Assembly (NCBI GenBank): GCA_026023565.1
Contig: JAPETS010000006.1
Span: forward strand, 186,001-250,000
DNA: 64,000 nucleotides
Source: Cirrosporium novae-zelandiae
Lineage: Eukaryota
Reading direction: 5' to 3'
Shown: positions 11,768-26,478 of the stretch, in pieces
Numbering within the stretch: position 1 is the stretch's first letter
Layout: every line of letters starts with the position of its first letter
The notes under the pieces: generated by a model
Databases searched by the model: none
The model's input: only the letters and a program-made list of their open reading frames with translations
What the model was told of the DNA's origin: nothing
Position numbers and translations under genes: made by a program

Positions 11768-14700
11768 CTCCACCAACCCTTTTTTGCCCTTTCTGCCCTC
11801 TCCCTTCTCCTCTGCCCTTTTTTGATATCGGCCCGGTTTCTAAGTAATCCCTCTGTGCCCGCTAAATTTCTTCCCGCACTTCTGACTTGCCGCTCTAAAT
11901 CTAAATCTCACTGCATTGAGAAATTCCCAAGGGCCGAAGGGCGTGAAAAAAATAATCCATCGAAACTATACTCGAGTACTACCCATCTCGCTTCCTAATC
12001 CCAACAAAAAGGTGCTCATTCACCTTATCTGCTTTGGCCCTCAGTGTGCCTTGAATCCTAAGTTCGACGATATGTATGATGATGACTGCCGGTAAATCTA
12101 CTTGTATACTCAATTGGTTTTGCTTAATGCAATTCGATTGAGTATATTATCCTCTTATTGTATTTGGATTTACATGAGCCATCCAATCATACAGGACTTA
12201 TCGGGTGAAGCTACATTTGAAACCCTTGAATAGCTTAACCATACTAGCCTTTCTATTTCCTGTTTTTTTCACCTACAATTTTTGGATTGCTTGCCCTCCG
12301 ATCTTGTCGGAGTCCACGAGAAAGAAAAGTAGGGCAGCAGACTCGGATGCCTTGCAGGAAAAATCCATCAGCAATATGCAGCCCTACGCTCTTTCGCTAA
12401 CTAAACCACTGTTTGTTTGCCAGCTGAAAGTCCAGCATTACCCAATGGTTACAAACAAGAACTCCATGACATACAGGGAATAGAGAATTGAGGAGATGTG
12501 CAGGAAATCGAACGATGACGGGTCATGTGGTGAAGTATGGGAAGACTGGGATTAAGAAAACTTATGCATGCTAGATATGAGGCTCTTTGCCCGACTATAC
12601 TTCAGCGGGCTCGCCATCGACACCAAGGGCAGTGGGATTGCTCGTCCAGAAAACAGGACACCATAGATAATGTTGAGGACACGGACATGTCAATTCAGAA
12701 CCACCCTTAAGCAGACGTTCATGCATTATGTATGCTCAAACTCATGAGGTTAGAAGCTGACCAGAGTCTACATCAAATTCAATTGAGCCATGTAAGATCA
12801 GCGCAAGAGATACTACTTGCAGTACCGTCTGTATAACAACCACACTACTCTCGTCGAGATTTTGTGAACGAAACCACCTTACCAAAACAATTGCATTCAC
12901 ATTCTACATCCAGGAGAGACCTTCATACGCAACGGTGTCTTGGATAAAAATCATATCTCTGTCAAAGTCGATCTTCTAAATATAGGATTTTCGGGGGGAG
13001 CTCCTCTCAGATCGCGGACACGACTAAACTAACAGGTGGACTATTTTATTCAAACGCAACAAAAACACACCTTCTCACAATTCAGAAACGAGCACCTTGT
13101 CCATCTCAACCGACCGATAGCGCAAAAGTCACCGTCAGTCAATACATTTAAGAGGATAATCATAGATGAAGACACATAGATGGAAACAAACGCAAAGAAA
13201 CAGCAGCCGAGAAAGCCAACAATCCCGGTACTTCGAAAACCATCAACGATGAGACCCGGAAAAATATCCGTTCGGGCCGCACGCATGCAACAGAACACCT
13301 AAACAAAAATATCAGTAATTAAGACTCACCAAACAACTATTCACACAGCTCCTGAAATGGGACCGAAGGATTTTAGAGGGTTCTCCTTGTACAAGTACCA
13401 GCGCCGTCGATGCCAATGTTCCACTAACACCCACCCCTCAGTGCGCGGGGAAAAAAAAAACAAGCGAGCAGAGAAAAAACCTCCGATAGATAAATCAAGT
13501 AATGTTTTTGTTTGCCACGTCCTAGCGTTCCAATCCAATCCAATCCAATCCAAATGATACTCGAGTACTGTATAGTACATGCCTAACAATATATATATAC
13601 GCTTTCGGAGACAAAAAAATGAGACTTACTTAAAAGTTGGCATGTGTGTTAGGCGATAACCTAAACTCTTACCGCTAGGCCAAAAGGGCAATCATGGTTA
13701 CCCGCTAGGTTGCGAATAACCACACTGTTTAGCTATATAACCGGCTACTCCATAACAATGTGGCATAGACACAATACAACCTGATCCCAAATGCCAATAT
13801 CTAATAATAATTTTGAAAATATAATTGAAACCTTGGTTGGGGCTTGATTGGTTGGTTGGTGATGGTGATCAATCGATCACCTGATGAGAGAGATAAGGGA
13901 TTTTTGAAAGGAATTTTTGCTTGCTTGCAGCAGTTAAGTTAGAGATATGTTATGCCAACCCATATCTATGGCTTTCTTCCTGCCTATTCATACACGCATA
14001 CACGCACACACCATTTATACTTGCGACTTACCCAACCAAGTACGTGTGACTTACTTTCTACGTAGAGCCTTACCCCATAAAAAATATCATCCCACACAGC
14101 CCAACACCAAAACATCAAGCCACACAAACCAACTACTTACTACTTACTTCCTGCAAGATCTGGAAACAAGTGTTTGTGTTTATAACATCCATAACATAAT
14201 GTAACGACTCAGTTAGCAAGGCTATTATATGTGTACTGTGTATGCAGTCTTCCCATATAAGTAAATAAATCTCAAATATAAACAGAAATGGGTAGGTAGT
14301 AATAATATTGGTATGGTGCAGACTATACCCCTTTTGAATTAGAATTTAGGAGTTATATGACGTTCCCACGCATGTATGTATTATGTTATTTCATAGACAA
14401 GTCAATATGATCAAATGAGAATATTTGGCCAAGTTAATTTTATTCGTCAAGGTAGACTTGTTAACAATTCATTACCAAGGCATACACAAGATGTATGCAT
14501 TAACTCTACAGATCTACGCACATCTACATGCAATACATTAGAGTCCAGGTTGAGCAAACAGTTGTATTATTAGCTATTACCTATTTTCAACGAAACTCGA
14601 CTTTGTTTTGCCCTAGTGGCCGAAGATAGTGACAGACCCTCATAAGAATCTGCACAAGGGGTATCAGGAACACATAGAGGACTAGCTGACTGGTGGGGTA

Positions 14701-14978
14701 TTCAAAGAAAACACAAAAAGAACACGATCACGATAATAACACGCAGAGGAAAAGCGAATGACGGAAATTGGTATCGATCTAGCGAGACGAGTAAAAAAAG
14801 AAAAAGGAAACCATAACATCCGTTGACATCCGTAAAGGGAGCGACATCAAAAAGGACAAGCCAAAACTGTGCAGATGGGAGTTTTTTTTTCAAGACCGTC
14901 AAGGAATTAAGCACATTATAGCCTCATGTTACCAGACAACCTTCTATCCACCCACCAGACAGGTTCTTCGTCCCCAAT

Positions 14979-17181
14979 TCACGCAGCCGCCTGAACAGCG
15001 GGGTTAGAAGGCTGGCCAGTGGATACAGCATCAGCAACAACGTCACCGATCTGTGCTTGTTCAGTAGTCTCAGCAGGAGCAGCAGTTTCTGCTTGAGCAG
15101 GCTCAGCAGCAGCAGCTTCCTCCTTGACTGGCTCTTCCTTGGCAGGAACAGCTGGGGCTTCAGACTTGGCAGGCTTGCTTGGCTTGCGGAAGATGCTGCC
15201 AATTTTTGACTCAAGCTTGTTCACTGGAGAGGAGGCCTTCTTCGGCTCACCATCCGTAACTTCACCCTCAGAAAGAGGTTCGGCGGGGGCCTTCTCCTTC
15301 TTCTCTTTCTTACCACCAAGGTTACCAAAGAGCGAAGTTCGTCTCCTCTCTTTGGGGGTTATAGCAGGAGCGGCAGCTGCAGTTTCAGCTGGGGTCTCAG
15401 TCGCAACGGCGCTCTCAGCGGCAGGCGACTCGGCAGTTGCAGCACTCTCCTCAGTCTTAGCAGACTCCTCTTCGGTCTTGGCATCCTTCTTCTCCTGTAC
15501 GCCGTTAACAAATAATCGATCATAAACAGAGATAGCAACGTGGAATTAATCACGCGTTTTGGGGAAAATATACCTCATGCTTCGACTCATGCTTCTTGAT
15601 GAAGCTGAAAAGACCACCTTCCTTCTTCTCCTTCTTTTCAGCTTCCTTGGGAGTCGCGGTCTCGGCCTCAGCTGGCTTGGCTTCCTCAGCGGCAGCCTCA
15701 GTGGCTGGCTCCTCTGGCTTAGGGGTAGCATCCTCTACAGGGTTATCAAGTTGAGGGGCGGTCTCAGCAACAGGTGGAGTCTCATCCTTATCAGGAACAG
15801 TTGGTACAACCTCCTTCTCGCTCTTCTCGTGAGTTGGGCTAGAAAATTTCTTCCAGAAATCACCAATGACAGAACTTCTCTTGGTTGGCTTGGGAGGAGC
15901 CTCGACTGCCTTTGGTGACTCGGCTTCAGCTTCGACAGGCTTATCGGTCTCCGTAGCTTCGGTGGCAGCAGCAGAAGCTTCTATAAATTGTTAGTTAGCT
16001 TTCCTGACGTATGAATATTTTATAGATTCTTACCAGCAACAGGTTCCGCTGGGGTAGCCTCTTCAGTAGTCTCCTCCTTCTTGTCCTCCTCGGTTTCCTC
16101 AACCTTGTCTTCTTTCTTGACCTCTTTCTTCTCATCATGTTCCTCCTTCTTGCCTCGGAGGGTGCCAAAGATACTAACACGCTTGCGCGATTGAGATCGA
16201 CTCTTAGTCTTCTTGGGTTCTTCCTTCTTTGGTACTTCTTCCTTGGCTTCTTCAGTGGCTGGAGCAGCATCCTTTGGAGCCTCCGTCTCGGCAGGCTTAG
16301 CGGCAGGTACGGGAACGATCGTGGGTTTGCCTTAGTGTCATGTTAGCGCAGGGTTCAACACATGATTACCAGGTAGCTGTCACTTACTCAACTTCTCGAG
16401 AGTAGCCTTGTAGCCATCACTTCCTTTGACTGTCTCGACACTTCCCTTAGCTTCCTCAACCTTTTCCTTAACAGCCGCAATCCACGAGGCTTGCTCATCC
16501 TTGTTAGCGACCTTGAATGTATGCTTATCCTTGCCAACCTTGAATGAGAATTCATGGGACATTTCCTTGGAAATGTCTATAACCTCAGACTGAAGAAAAG
16601 GGACCAGATCAGTATAAAAAAAATCAATGGTTGTGTGAATTAGTTCACTTACCAAGTTGATGATGCCGGTTGGGGCAGATTTGTCTTCAACACGCTTAAC
16701 GTAGAACAACAAACCTTTTCCAGTTTCACCAGCCCATGCAGCATTAGCATGAGCAACTTCGGGCTTCTCTTCGCGCAAATATGCGCTCAAGCTCTTGGAT
16801 TCAACAGCCTCATCGCCGAACCAGAAGTACCTTTTTGAGAACCGAATCCTAGAGAGATTAGTTAGCATTCCCAATTTCCATTCAATGAAGTTCAACTAGA
16901 ACAACTTACTTTAGAAGACCGGGTCCCTTGTAGTCAAGGACACCTTCATAGATAGGCTCGACCTTAGCCTCCTCCTTTGCAGCCTCCTCTGTCTTTGGCT
17001 CAGCAGTTGCATCCTCGGTGGGAGCTGCGGTTTCACCAGCGGACTCAACGGCCGGTGTTTCCGCAGGCTTAGCCTCGTCAGCAGCGGGAGCAGCTTCGGT
17101 GGCAGCAACTGCTTCGACAGGCTCAGTAGCAGCAGGAACACTAGCTGGGGTCTCTTCGACAGGTTTCTGAACTTCAGACAT
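14979..17181 (-). CDS. PH-domain protein (Meu6-type fungal PH) with long Ala/Glu/Pro/Lys-rich disordered regions, 6 exons
   Basis: ATG 17181 (MSEVQKPVEE). PH-like core EGVLDYKGPGLLK/RFSKRYFWFGDE...AHANAAWAGETGKGLLFY...HEFSFKVG...EQASWIAAVK; ends NPAVQAAA*. Confidence 0.8.
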
Positions 17182-17784
17182 GATGAATATCGATGTGTGA
17201 TTTGTGTGTTGGTCAGGAAGTGAGTTGAAAGGCAAGAGGCGAGCACAGAAGTGGTGCTGTGAAATAGGCTCCTGATTATGTGTTAGGTGCGCGTGACCAA
17301 AAAGGTTGGCATTAAAGAGTAGGAAAGAAAAGTGATGGGGGTACCTTTTGAAACTTCCCTCAGGAGTCGAAATGACTGAGCCACAGAAAAAAGACGAATT
17401 AGAAGATTTGTCAGATTCAAAGACGAAAGAGAAGTAGAGGATTTCTCTTGGTTTTGTGGTAGGGTGCTTCGAAAGTCACGAAGAGGTCACACACACCTGA
17501 ATGGGCAGTTGAGGCAAATGAAGGGAGAGGGTGTGGAAGAAGAAGAAGTGTTTCTTGTGTTTTCACAGCGGAACCAGGAAAGAAAAAGGACGAAGGGGGA
17601 GGGAGAAAAGTGTTTGGTTGGTTGGCAGGGTCGTCAGTAAAATCAGCAGAAGCGACACAGTGAATGGTCAAAGCTTCAAGGGGCTAACGGGCTATGACTG
17701 GTAGACCCATCCTTAGCGCCACAAGCATCAGAAAGGGCCCTTGTGGCCAAACCGACAAACCGAACCAAACTGAACCAAACCCGA

Positions 17785-17820
17785 ACCAACACCAACACCA
17801 ACACCAACACCAACACCAAC
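17785..17820. repeat. (ACCAAC)6 microsatellite
   Basis: Six perfect hexamer copies upstream of the PH-domain gene. Confidence 0.9.
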
Positions 17821-20543
17821 CACCACCCACCGGACTCTGACCATCTTTCCCTAAATCCAGTTTAGCTTCCTACTGGTGTCCTTTTCGAACAACTTATCTG
17901 AACTCTCACCACTGAGCAAAACTGATTTTCCTCTTTTCTTCCCAATTCCCACCTGTAGTCGAATCAAAGTACTTCCCTAGCCAACTAGGTAATTTACAAA
18001 TTAACAAAATGGTAAATTTCCCATTTTCCCTCGGTCCAAATTTACATGATGGACTATGCTCTAAGTTACACGGTTTGGATACAATTCGGAAATCACTTCA
18101 ATCACCCGGCTCGCTTTTAGTCTTTTAGTCAAATACTAATTGCGCATGGATCTACGTCTTACTCTGACCATGAAGAAAAGAATGTTTCGATAAGAAGAAG
18201 CTTCCTAGACAAGTTCCTCTCCTGGAGGAGGCTGGAGGTCCCCTTCCATTGCTAACTATGTGCGCTGTGCGTTGTGCGTATTTTTTTTTGTGTGGAGTCC
18301 CGAGGGTTCTATGGGTTCCCTAGGGTTCCATGTCAGGACTTTGCCAGCCTGGACCTGAAAGAAGAAATGAATGGGTTGAAAAAACATGGAAAATGGCATG
18401 ACTCGGCCGCCGATTCATGTATTTTTCCTGACACGGCTGTTGCATCTTGTGGAGTAGGAATTGTCACGATTGTCTTGTGTAATTTCCATCATACAGTTTT
18501 TTATTTTTATTTTTTGTTGTTTTTTGTGTTTTGTTTTTTTCCAATTTCTGAGGTCCTCCAGTTTCTTTCCCCTCCTCCTTCTTTTTCCCAACCTCTCTTC
18601 CCAGCAACCGATGAGACAACAAGGGGAATTGGATACTTTTGTGTCTCAATTAACACGCGACAAGCATGTGCTAAACCTCCTTAGATATTTCAAAAACAGA
18701 CATGTCACTCAAGACCCAACAGTCGAGAGAATGTGCATCCCAAATAATTCGGTACCTGCCTATTGTTCTACTTCTAGAGTACCTCTTCTTTAGTTAATGT
18801 AGACATGATTTAATTGGTTGAGAAATTACAAACTGTGTAGACCTTGCAGAAGATTACGTTGTTACGAGTATCAAGTATTTCCCAGTCGCTGTCCCCACAG
18901 ATTCTCGTTTCAGAACAGCTTGCAATCTCCCAACCTCCCTTGAACCAATCAATCAATGATCCAAGATGGACTTTTGAAAATACATATCCAGAAAAAATTG
19001 GAATATCATTCTAACTCAACTAATAACAAAAAGAACAAAAAGGTCCAAAGGAGATTGATTGACCTAAGGGAAATTTTCTTTGGTTTCTTCACCGTCAAAA
19101 CATGCTTGAATCGAATAGGTTTCAATAATGTTATTTGCCAATGCCCCACTCTTTGGATGAGTTCAAGGCTAATGACCTGCCTGCTTCCGCCGAACGGAAT
19201 GCCCGCCATGGTGCTAGCTCCCCAAGCTTTTTTGTTACTATCTAACTACTATCTATTAACGAAGCCCAGATGCCGCCAAAAAAGCATTTCAATCAATTAT
19301 CCAAAGAAACTAGAAAATAGAAAATCTGCCCTTCACCGACCTCATCGTTTTAACCTGAGCGGTTAATCCAACCTACACCAGCCTTCTGTTTCCATATTCA
19401 TTCCCCCCCCCCGACCCCCCATTCAACTCCTTACGCCTCACGCCGCACATTCCATCTTAACATCTATCAAACTAATTCGTCCATAAACCAAAAGATCAAG
19501 ACAAGTATCTAAAAGACCCAAAAGATTCAAAAAGACCTGTGCTGATTCTAACAAGTAATCTCATCCACGTAGTAGCCAATGAAATCCAAAATCTCCACTA
19601 TGGAACTTTACTCGTCAGTGCTAAATTCCCTTGCAAGGATATATATCCATCGTAGCCGACTTGTTCTCACACTGGCTGATGTTTAACACGCCTTATGAAC
19701 TTTATAATTATTTACTTCTGTCCCAATGTTCTTTTCTTCAATGCCCAAAATCTTTTGTTTATTTTTTGACTTTTCTCCCTCTTTTGAATTCGTGGTACCT
19801 TATCAAAAAACTATCGTGGCCTGGAATATGTGGAAGTCCCTGTGTCTATCAAATCATATTCTGCCCTAGTTGCCCTAACCCCCAAATGCCTCTTGGGAAT
19901 TCATTTCAACCATGCTCATTATCATCATGCTAGATAACCGATAACTGTTTACTGTAATTGACATTAACCTGTCCTGCTGATCCATCATGGTTGATAACAA
20001 CTATATTATTCCACCTTGTGATGTTCATCAAACCCACTTCTCTGTTCCTTCGACATTTCAACCGCCACATTGGCTTTATTCTCACCCATATGACCATGTC
20101 TCCCAGAATTAATTATTTGTCGTTCTTACCACCAACTCCATTTGGGGTCAGCATTTGCACTTATCTATGTCTAACTTGTGAACAATGTTTTTTTGTATCT
20201 CAAAATCCCCTACTCTGGTTTCGGCCATTTCAATTTGAGCTATGTTATTGTTAACAAATTTGCTCCGTTGAAAATAACACCAATCCCTTCCTATCCAATT
20301 GTGTAATATACTTTTCCTCGCTTTTTCTCTGCCTTCGAAAAATCTGCATGTTGGAACCAACCTGCGTCTACTGGCCCCAATTGTCTGCGAAATGCTCCAT
20401 GTGTATTTTCCAAGACTTTTGCACGCCGCCGATCACTAACCTTAAAAAATTCTTTCACAGCTCGTACTTTAGCCCTGATATTACAGACTGTCAAGGCTAA
20501 ACCACCCATATATATAATAAAAAAAATAACATAGTTTACAGGG

Positions 20544-23500
20544 CTATCCAGCAATAGTCATCATGTATCTTTTCAAACAGTTAGCTAAGCTTATCCGAAA
20601 AGAAGTCTAAAACTCACGAAACAATAGTACTCATTCTTTCACTTGTCAACTTCATCCCGATTTTGAGGAGCTCTTGTGATACATCCTGATGTTCTTGCTG
20701 GAGTTTATTCCACCTTTCTTCGTCAAGCCTCCAGGCAATGCATTTTTTCTCTGCACATACCGTAGCTGTCCGGTCTGTTTCTGAAAAGAAAGGAAGTTCG
20801 CCGCATGTGGTACCAGCAACAATTGATTCATAAAAATCCATCCTTGCGTTGCTATACTCTGCTCGGAGTATTCCCTCTTGGAGGATATAGAACCCTCGAG
20901 CATGGTCTCCACGTTTGTAGATTACTGTCCCAGGTTCATATTCTTTTCTTTCTAAATAGGGACACAGATTTTGCCAGAAGTCTTCGTTCTGTTCCGTCAG
21001 GCCATGGAACGTCTGGAGAAGGAGAGGCAGCGGTTGTTTGAACTTCCTCCATTTAGAAACTGGGGCGACTTGCTCATCTTGAAGCGTCCTCATGGCAACC
21101 TGGTGTAATTGATGTCTCCGTGGAGAACTGAATACCGTTTCGAAGGAAGTGGAGAGCCGGTTAGAGGGAACATCTATAGTCAATTAATTATTCTGGTCGG
21201 TAATCAAATAAATCGCAACTCACCAAGTATTTCAGAAGGAGCGTCTCGTTGAATGAAGATATTGTGCCGCTGGTAGAAGGTTTTAAGTAGCTCATTCTCA
21301 CAAAATTCAAGAGCGGAATTCAGGTCTGCAAATGCCTCTATTTTCTGTCCATCATGAGAATCCTCCTTGTTGAACAGACCAGATTGAAATATTCTTTTCC
21401 CCACATCTGTTTCCGAATGAAACCCACTAATAATCAAGTCGACCTTTCGATCCCCAGTTAGACGCTTGATTTTTTCAAAGGCCTCGGCGGCTGAATAATC
21501 CAATCCATCGACATATTGAAGATCAAGGATCAAGAAACGAATTGGTTTTTCAGAAAACGCATCCTCCGCCAAGATAGCACGAATACGATTCTCGACGCTA
21601 ACAATAGTGCCGAAGAAAAGGAAACCAGCGAGCTTGATCACGTGTGTCTGCCTCCCAGCCTCTTGAAGAAAACGATGATGTACAGGATGTCGTCGTACGG
21701 TTGAACTTGCAGTCCCACCAGAATACATGGCTCGAATCGCAGATTTCTGTGAAGTTTTAACCACGTAGCTTGCACAAGCGAGTATAATCCCCACAAGGAT
21801 ACCAAGGACAAAGTCCCAAATCCCCATGACAAGGACGATCACCCAGATTGTCAAGTATTCAAGCCAGTCCGTTTTAGGCCATGATTCATAAACTGCTTCA
21901 ATCACAAGGTCAATGCCGAGCATAAAGATAAGGGCGCCAACCATCATAATTGGAATCAATCCAATAAGTCCTGGTCCAATAACAAGTATACCAAACGATC
22001 CAATTGCAAGCATAATACCAGCAACTCTGCTCGTGCCGCCAACCCGAATGAACAAGAGACTGTTGGTGTATACAAGGTAATTTTGAATACTGCCGCAGAA
22101 GCCAGACAATGCATTTGAGACGCCGTGTGCAATAAGCTCTCGATTGAGGTCAAAGTAGTCTTCTTTTGTCGCCACACCTAAAGCTGGGACATTGATAGGC
22201 ACATGCAAGATACCAAAGAAGGTCAGAGCAAACATGTTTGGGATCGTTTTCATAAGAGCCTCCCAATTGACTTCCTTAAAGTTATAGAGCGTATAAAAGT
22301 GATACCATGGTTCACTTGAATCGGGCGCCTCGAAAACCCATCCCTTGGCCCGCAGCAGGGGTAGGTTGAGCTGCGGGATTGCAAACGTGACAAAATAGAA
22401 AATCGTAGGTATCGCAAAAAAGTATGCGGGTACAAACCATGGACTCTTTACCCAGTTACGGCTGATGATAAGGGTAATAGAAAGAACCAAAGGGATCAGC
22501 CACAGCGGTATAATGTCTGGTTGGAAGAGATATTGTAGAGTATGTAAGTTATACTCAAGATTGCCACTTAGTCTGGATGTAACCTCGAGACCAGTGACAA
22601 TGAGAAAGTATCCCACTCCACCAATACAGCCGACCAAGATATGTCGAGGAAAGAATCCAATGAGAGTTCCAAGTTTAAAATATCCCATCAAGAAGAATAC
22701 AAGACCGGTGAGCACGGAGCTGAGAGCATATGACAGAACCGTAGTTGCTAGCACAGACTCAGGATGATCTTCACCGACAGTTCCCAAAATGATGAATGCC
22801 ATCTTGTGGAAGAAAGGTACTACCTCGATCTAAGAAAAATTAGATACTATCCTTTTATTTTTGGAGCCACGGAGGTCATACCATTTCGCTTCCAACTGCA
22901 CCTTTGAATATGCTTCCACCAAGAGAATATACCAACTGAGAAACTATGCAGCTCACATAAAACATAGAGATACCATCTGTTCCTAAGCTGGAAAATAAAG
23001 GTTGAGCAAGGGGAAACAAAATCATTCCTAGAATATTTAGCCCATATTCAGATTAGGTTGACAGGTAGATATACATACCATAGGACAGAGCATCCAAAAC
23101 ATTCATTAAAAGACCAAGGATTACTGCTGGGATGTATTGTGCAGGTTGAATTACGGTTTTTCGACCAATTTCCCTTATGTTCCAGATCTTAGGATTCCCT
23201 GCATGGATAACAAGCTCTCTCCCCCGTTGTACAAACCGGAACATCAATCGACCAGAGTCATCCAGAACAACTGGTTTATGATCCAACTGGTTCTCAATAT
23301 CGTGTGGCGTACCATAGGATGGTTGTTTCCGAACATCATTGGATGAACCTCTCCCTATTAAAAGAGCTGTTCGTTCACTGTCTGGTTCGGAGTACTCTTC
23401 ATCTCCAGATATTGAATCGATTGACCCGCTATCGGGTAGCTGGTCCTCGAAGAGAGTACCGTTGGAGGCAGGAACTAAATTCCGACCTTCGTTTGGTGGT

Positions 23501-24113
23501 GAGGTACGGATCATTTCGGTGAGTGCCGATCGTCCTTCACCCAACCTACTGTCAGGATGAAGCTCATCTGGCGAACTGGGTTCAGGCACTTCTTCTATAG
23601 CAGGGTGGTCTGAAGCTTCATTAGGCGGCTGTGATCTAATACTGCCCCGTTCAATAGATATTGGTGTATCACTTAATTGAGCTGAAGGATACGATCGTAC
23701 TGGGGGAGTAGTAGCTTGACTAGATACTGCATCTGATAAGGCTCGTGAGGCAAGTTGGGCTGTGTCTTCACGAACTCCTTGGGATGAGTGCTGAACATTA
23801 TCTATAGGACCTGGGTGTTGTCAGTATATAGTACACATCTTGTGGAGCAATTACTGAACCGACCTAGGCCTCCATGGAATGATCGAGCAAAGAAAGACCT
23901 CGTTGGCGTCCTTTGAGAGGCAGATGTCGCGAGAGAAATGGTGGATGTCGAAAGAGTAGCTGATGGTGAACGAGGTCCATTGGACCGTCCGTCCACCGCT
24001 GCCGGTATACTTTGGGCACGATCAGACCATCCAGTACTTTCTACATTGTCTCGCGAAGGCTGGTGAGACGAGCGAGAGCTACTTCTCAATCGCTGATTAA
24101 GAAAGCTGGACAT
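20544..24113 (-). CDS. SulP/SLC26-family transporter with STAS and cyclic-nucleotide-binding domains (yeast Vsb1/YGR125W-like), 6 exons
   Basis: [75 protein letters not shown]...DYSAAEAF; c[16 protein letters not shown]...[16 protein letters not shown]; last mini-exon YMMTIAG*. Confidence 0.9.
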
Positions 24114-25725
24114 GTTGGCTTCTTTTTTTCTCTCTCACACCTGGGAAGCACAATCACAACAATGTGGCAGCTATGGCGCAAAGGAAGTAGGTCCGAGGTT
24201 GATGATCATGAAAGCTAGAATGTTGCGTCAGTGCTCGAGCTAAAGCTTTATGCCTGAGAAATATGGCAATCAATATCAATCAAACTCTGTTGCTGTTCAT
24301 GAACGGTATTGAAGACCATGGTGCTAACGTTAGATGCACACTTGACTTTGGTACATATACCAAAGAGGAGAGAGAGGGGGGGGGGGGGGGTTGAGAAAGA
24401 GAAAAAAGGGAAGAGGAATAAGAAGAAGAACAAAAAGAGGAAGTGCAAACTGATGAAGTTGAAAGACAGTGCGGGGAGAGGAAGTTTTTAGCAAAAAAGG
24501 TTACTTTGTAGAGCAAGGACAGCTTCCAATTAGTCGATTATGGCTTAGGAGTTCGAGACTCAAAAAGTATTTTGAGCCGGCAAGTGAAACCATCGCGGGA
24601 GAATAACCAACTACTTTTAACCCAAGCTTCAACGGCATTTCTAGAAAGGTGATGTTTTTTGTAATATAATATTATGGGTAGATATTAGTCAAACATTCCA
24701 CAACATACCTACCTGGGTAGTCGATCAAGATGAATGATGAATGAATGGGGTGAAAAACTTGAGTAAGTAGCTCGAAGAATTTATCAAATGCCGGACACGG
24801 GGGAAGTCTCCGGTTCCGAATATTTGGAAATTTTCTTGTCGAATTATAAGTCAAATGTCTCGGCAACTACGTAAACAGAACCAGTGTTATATTATGTAGC
24901 TACATACTTAGGTATATACAACATGTGATGTTGAAAATAAGTTAGATATCTCTCTATCTTTTATACTAATAGTACTTGACTCACTGAGATGCCGAGACAA
25001 TTAAAGAATACCAAAGCAGGTACCTAGGTAGATATCTAAACCAAGTACCTTGCTGGACATCCATCTACCACCCATATATCACCCATAAATATCACCTCTT
25101 CGACTCGACAACAAACTAACAAATTAGACAATTGGTCATGTCGGTTTATTGCATCATTTCTACAGCTCTACACGCAATCTCTAACAAGCACCTATTCTTC
25201 AATTCATGAGTGATTAATGCAGAGCACGACATTTAAAGAGGGGCATGAGGGGGCCATATACAAATGTCTCCGCATCTTCCAACGTTTTAGAGAAAATTGC
25301 ATGGGTCCTTCTTCAATACTGCGGGTAGAATGTGCATTACCATGTTGTATGTGCATACAACATGTGGGCTCCATTGTAGATGTAAATGTGACGCAGCCTA
25401 CAGGCCAAGGGATTACAGCATCCCCACATTTCTTGGCCGATCCTCAATAGGCACTGGTAGGATGTGCCACAAAAGGTATTCCTTAGTACTTCTATGGTGC
25501 AGTCACGTCACAATTGTTTTATCAAAAATTTCTACCATCACATGACCTTCCCCGGATCTACAAAGTACCTAGGTATTCATCAGGTTCGGTCCCGGTATTC
25601 TCCTTTGGTTATGGGGGTCTGCACATTTCAAGAAAGACGGAAGATTTCAGTAAGTAAATCCCTTTACTGGATTGGTAAATATTATCTCTGATACATCATA
25701 GGCTAGTTGGCTTGAGTGGTGACCA

Positions 25726-26478
25726 TCAACTCAATCGTTGAAGAAAGCCTTGGGTGATAAGGCGTTCTACGTCAGATTGTCTCACATAAAATTGGCTGTT
25801 TTTGGTGAGGTTTATAGATCTGTAATGTATAGGTTAGCCATATTTATTGATCTGCCATCTCGATATAGATATACCCATATTCTGTTTGAATCTCCCCAGC
25901 ATCCTTCAAAACTCTGACGTCTATGAATAGATCTCGTGGAGGTTCCAAACTTCCTGTCAGGTCAATGTCTGTCCATTGACCCTTGTAGGCTGCTACTAAA
26001 TCACTGTACTGTCTGAAATATTCCTCCTCCTCTGGACTCGAAGAGCTCTGGTTGCTTCCTTCTGGCACCCCTGACCCTTCTATTTGGCCAGATTTGCCAG
26101 CATCAGATTGTAATTCCAGCACATCCTTTCCACCCCAACACATCTCCTCCAGTTTATCTGCGCGCACCCGATGGTAGGCAAGAAGACATCTCTTATTCCG
26201 CCGCATACATAAATGGTTGATGAGTAGGGCACAAGCAATAGCTGGATCGGCAGATGGGTTGAAAGAGCCTTCAAAAGGAGCTAATATGTTGACCACATCT
26301 TTATCTAGTTCGCGGATTTCCCGAGTCACAGCACGTACTATTTCTGTTTGATAAGGCGGAAGATGGACAAGCGATTGAGTCCTTTTTGCGTGCTGGACCT
26401 GTCATCAATTAGCTTAATGAAAATAACAGCGAGATAATTCTTACAACTTACAAGCTTGTGTCCAAGCTCTCCGTACAT
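25726..26478 (-). CDS. PSF1: GINS complex subunit Psf1, 3 exons
   Basis: MYGELGHKL/VQHAKR...LPPYQTEIVR, HLCMRRNKRCLLAYH, DLTGSLEPPRDLFIDVRVLKDAGEIQTEYG/SINLTKNSQFYVRQSDVERLITQGFLQRLS*. Confidence 0.95.

Noticed and set aside
18000..20500. Short ORFs and an intron-like signal in the 2.5-kb intergenic region
   Set aside because: Low-complexity translations with no motifs; no snoRNA box pair or consistent exon chain found.
24171..24209. uORF MIINLGPTSFAP* upstream of the VSB1-like transporter
   Set aside because: TSS and 5' UTR splicing are unknown, and nothing distinguishes it from a chance ORF.
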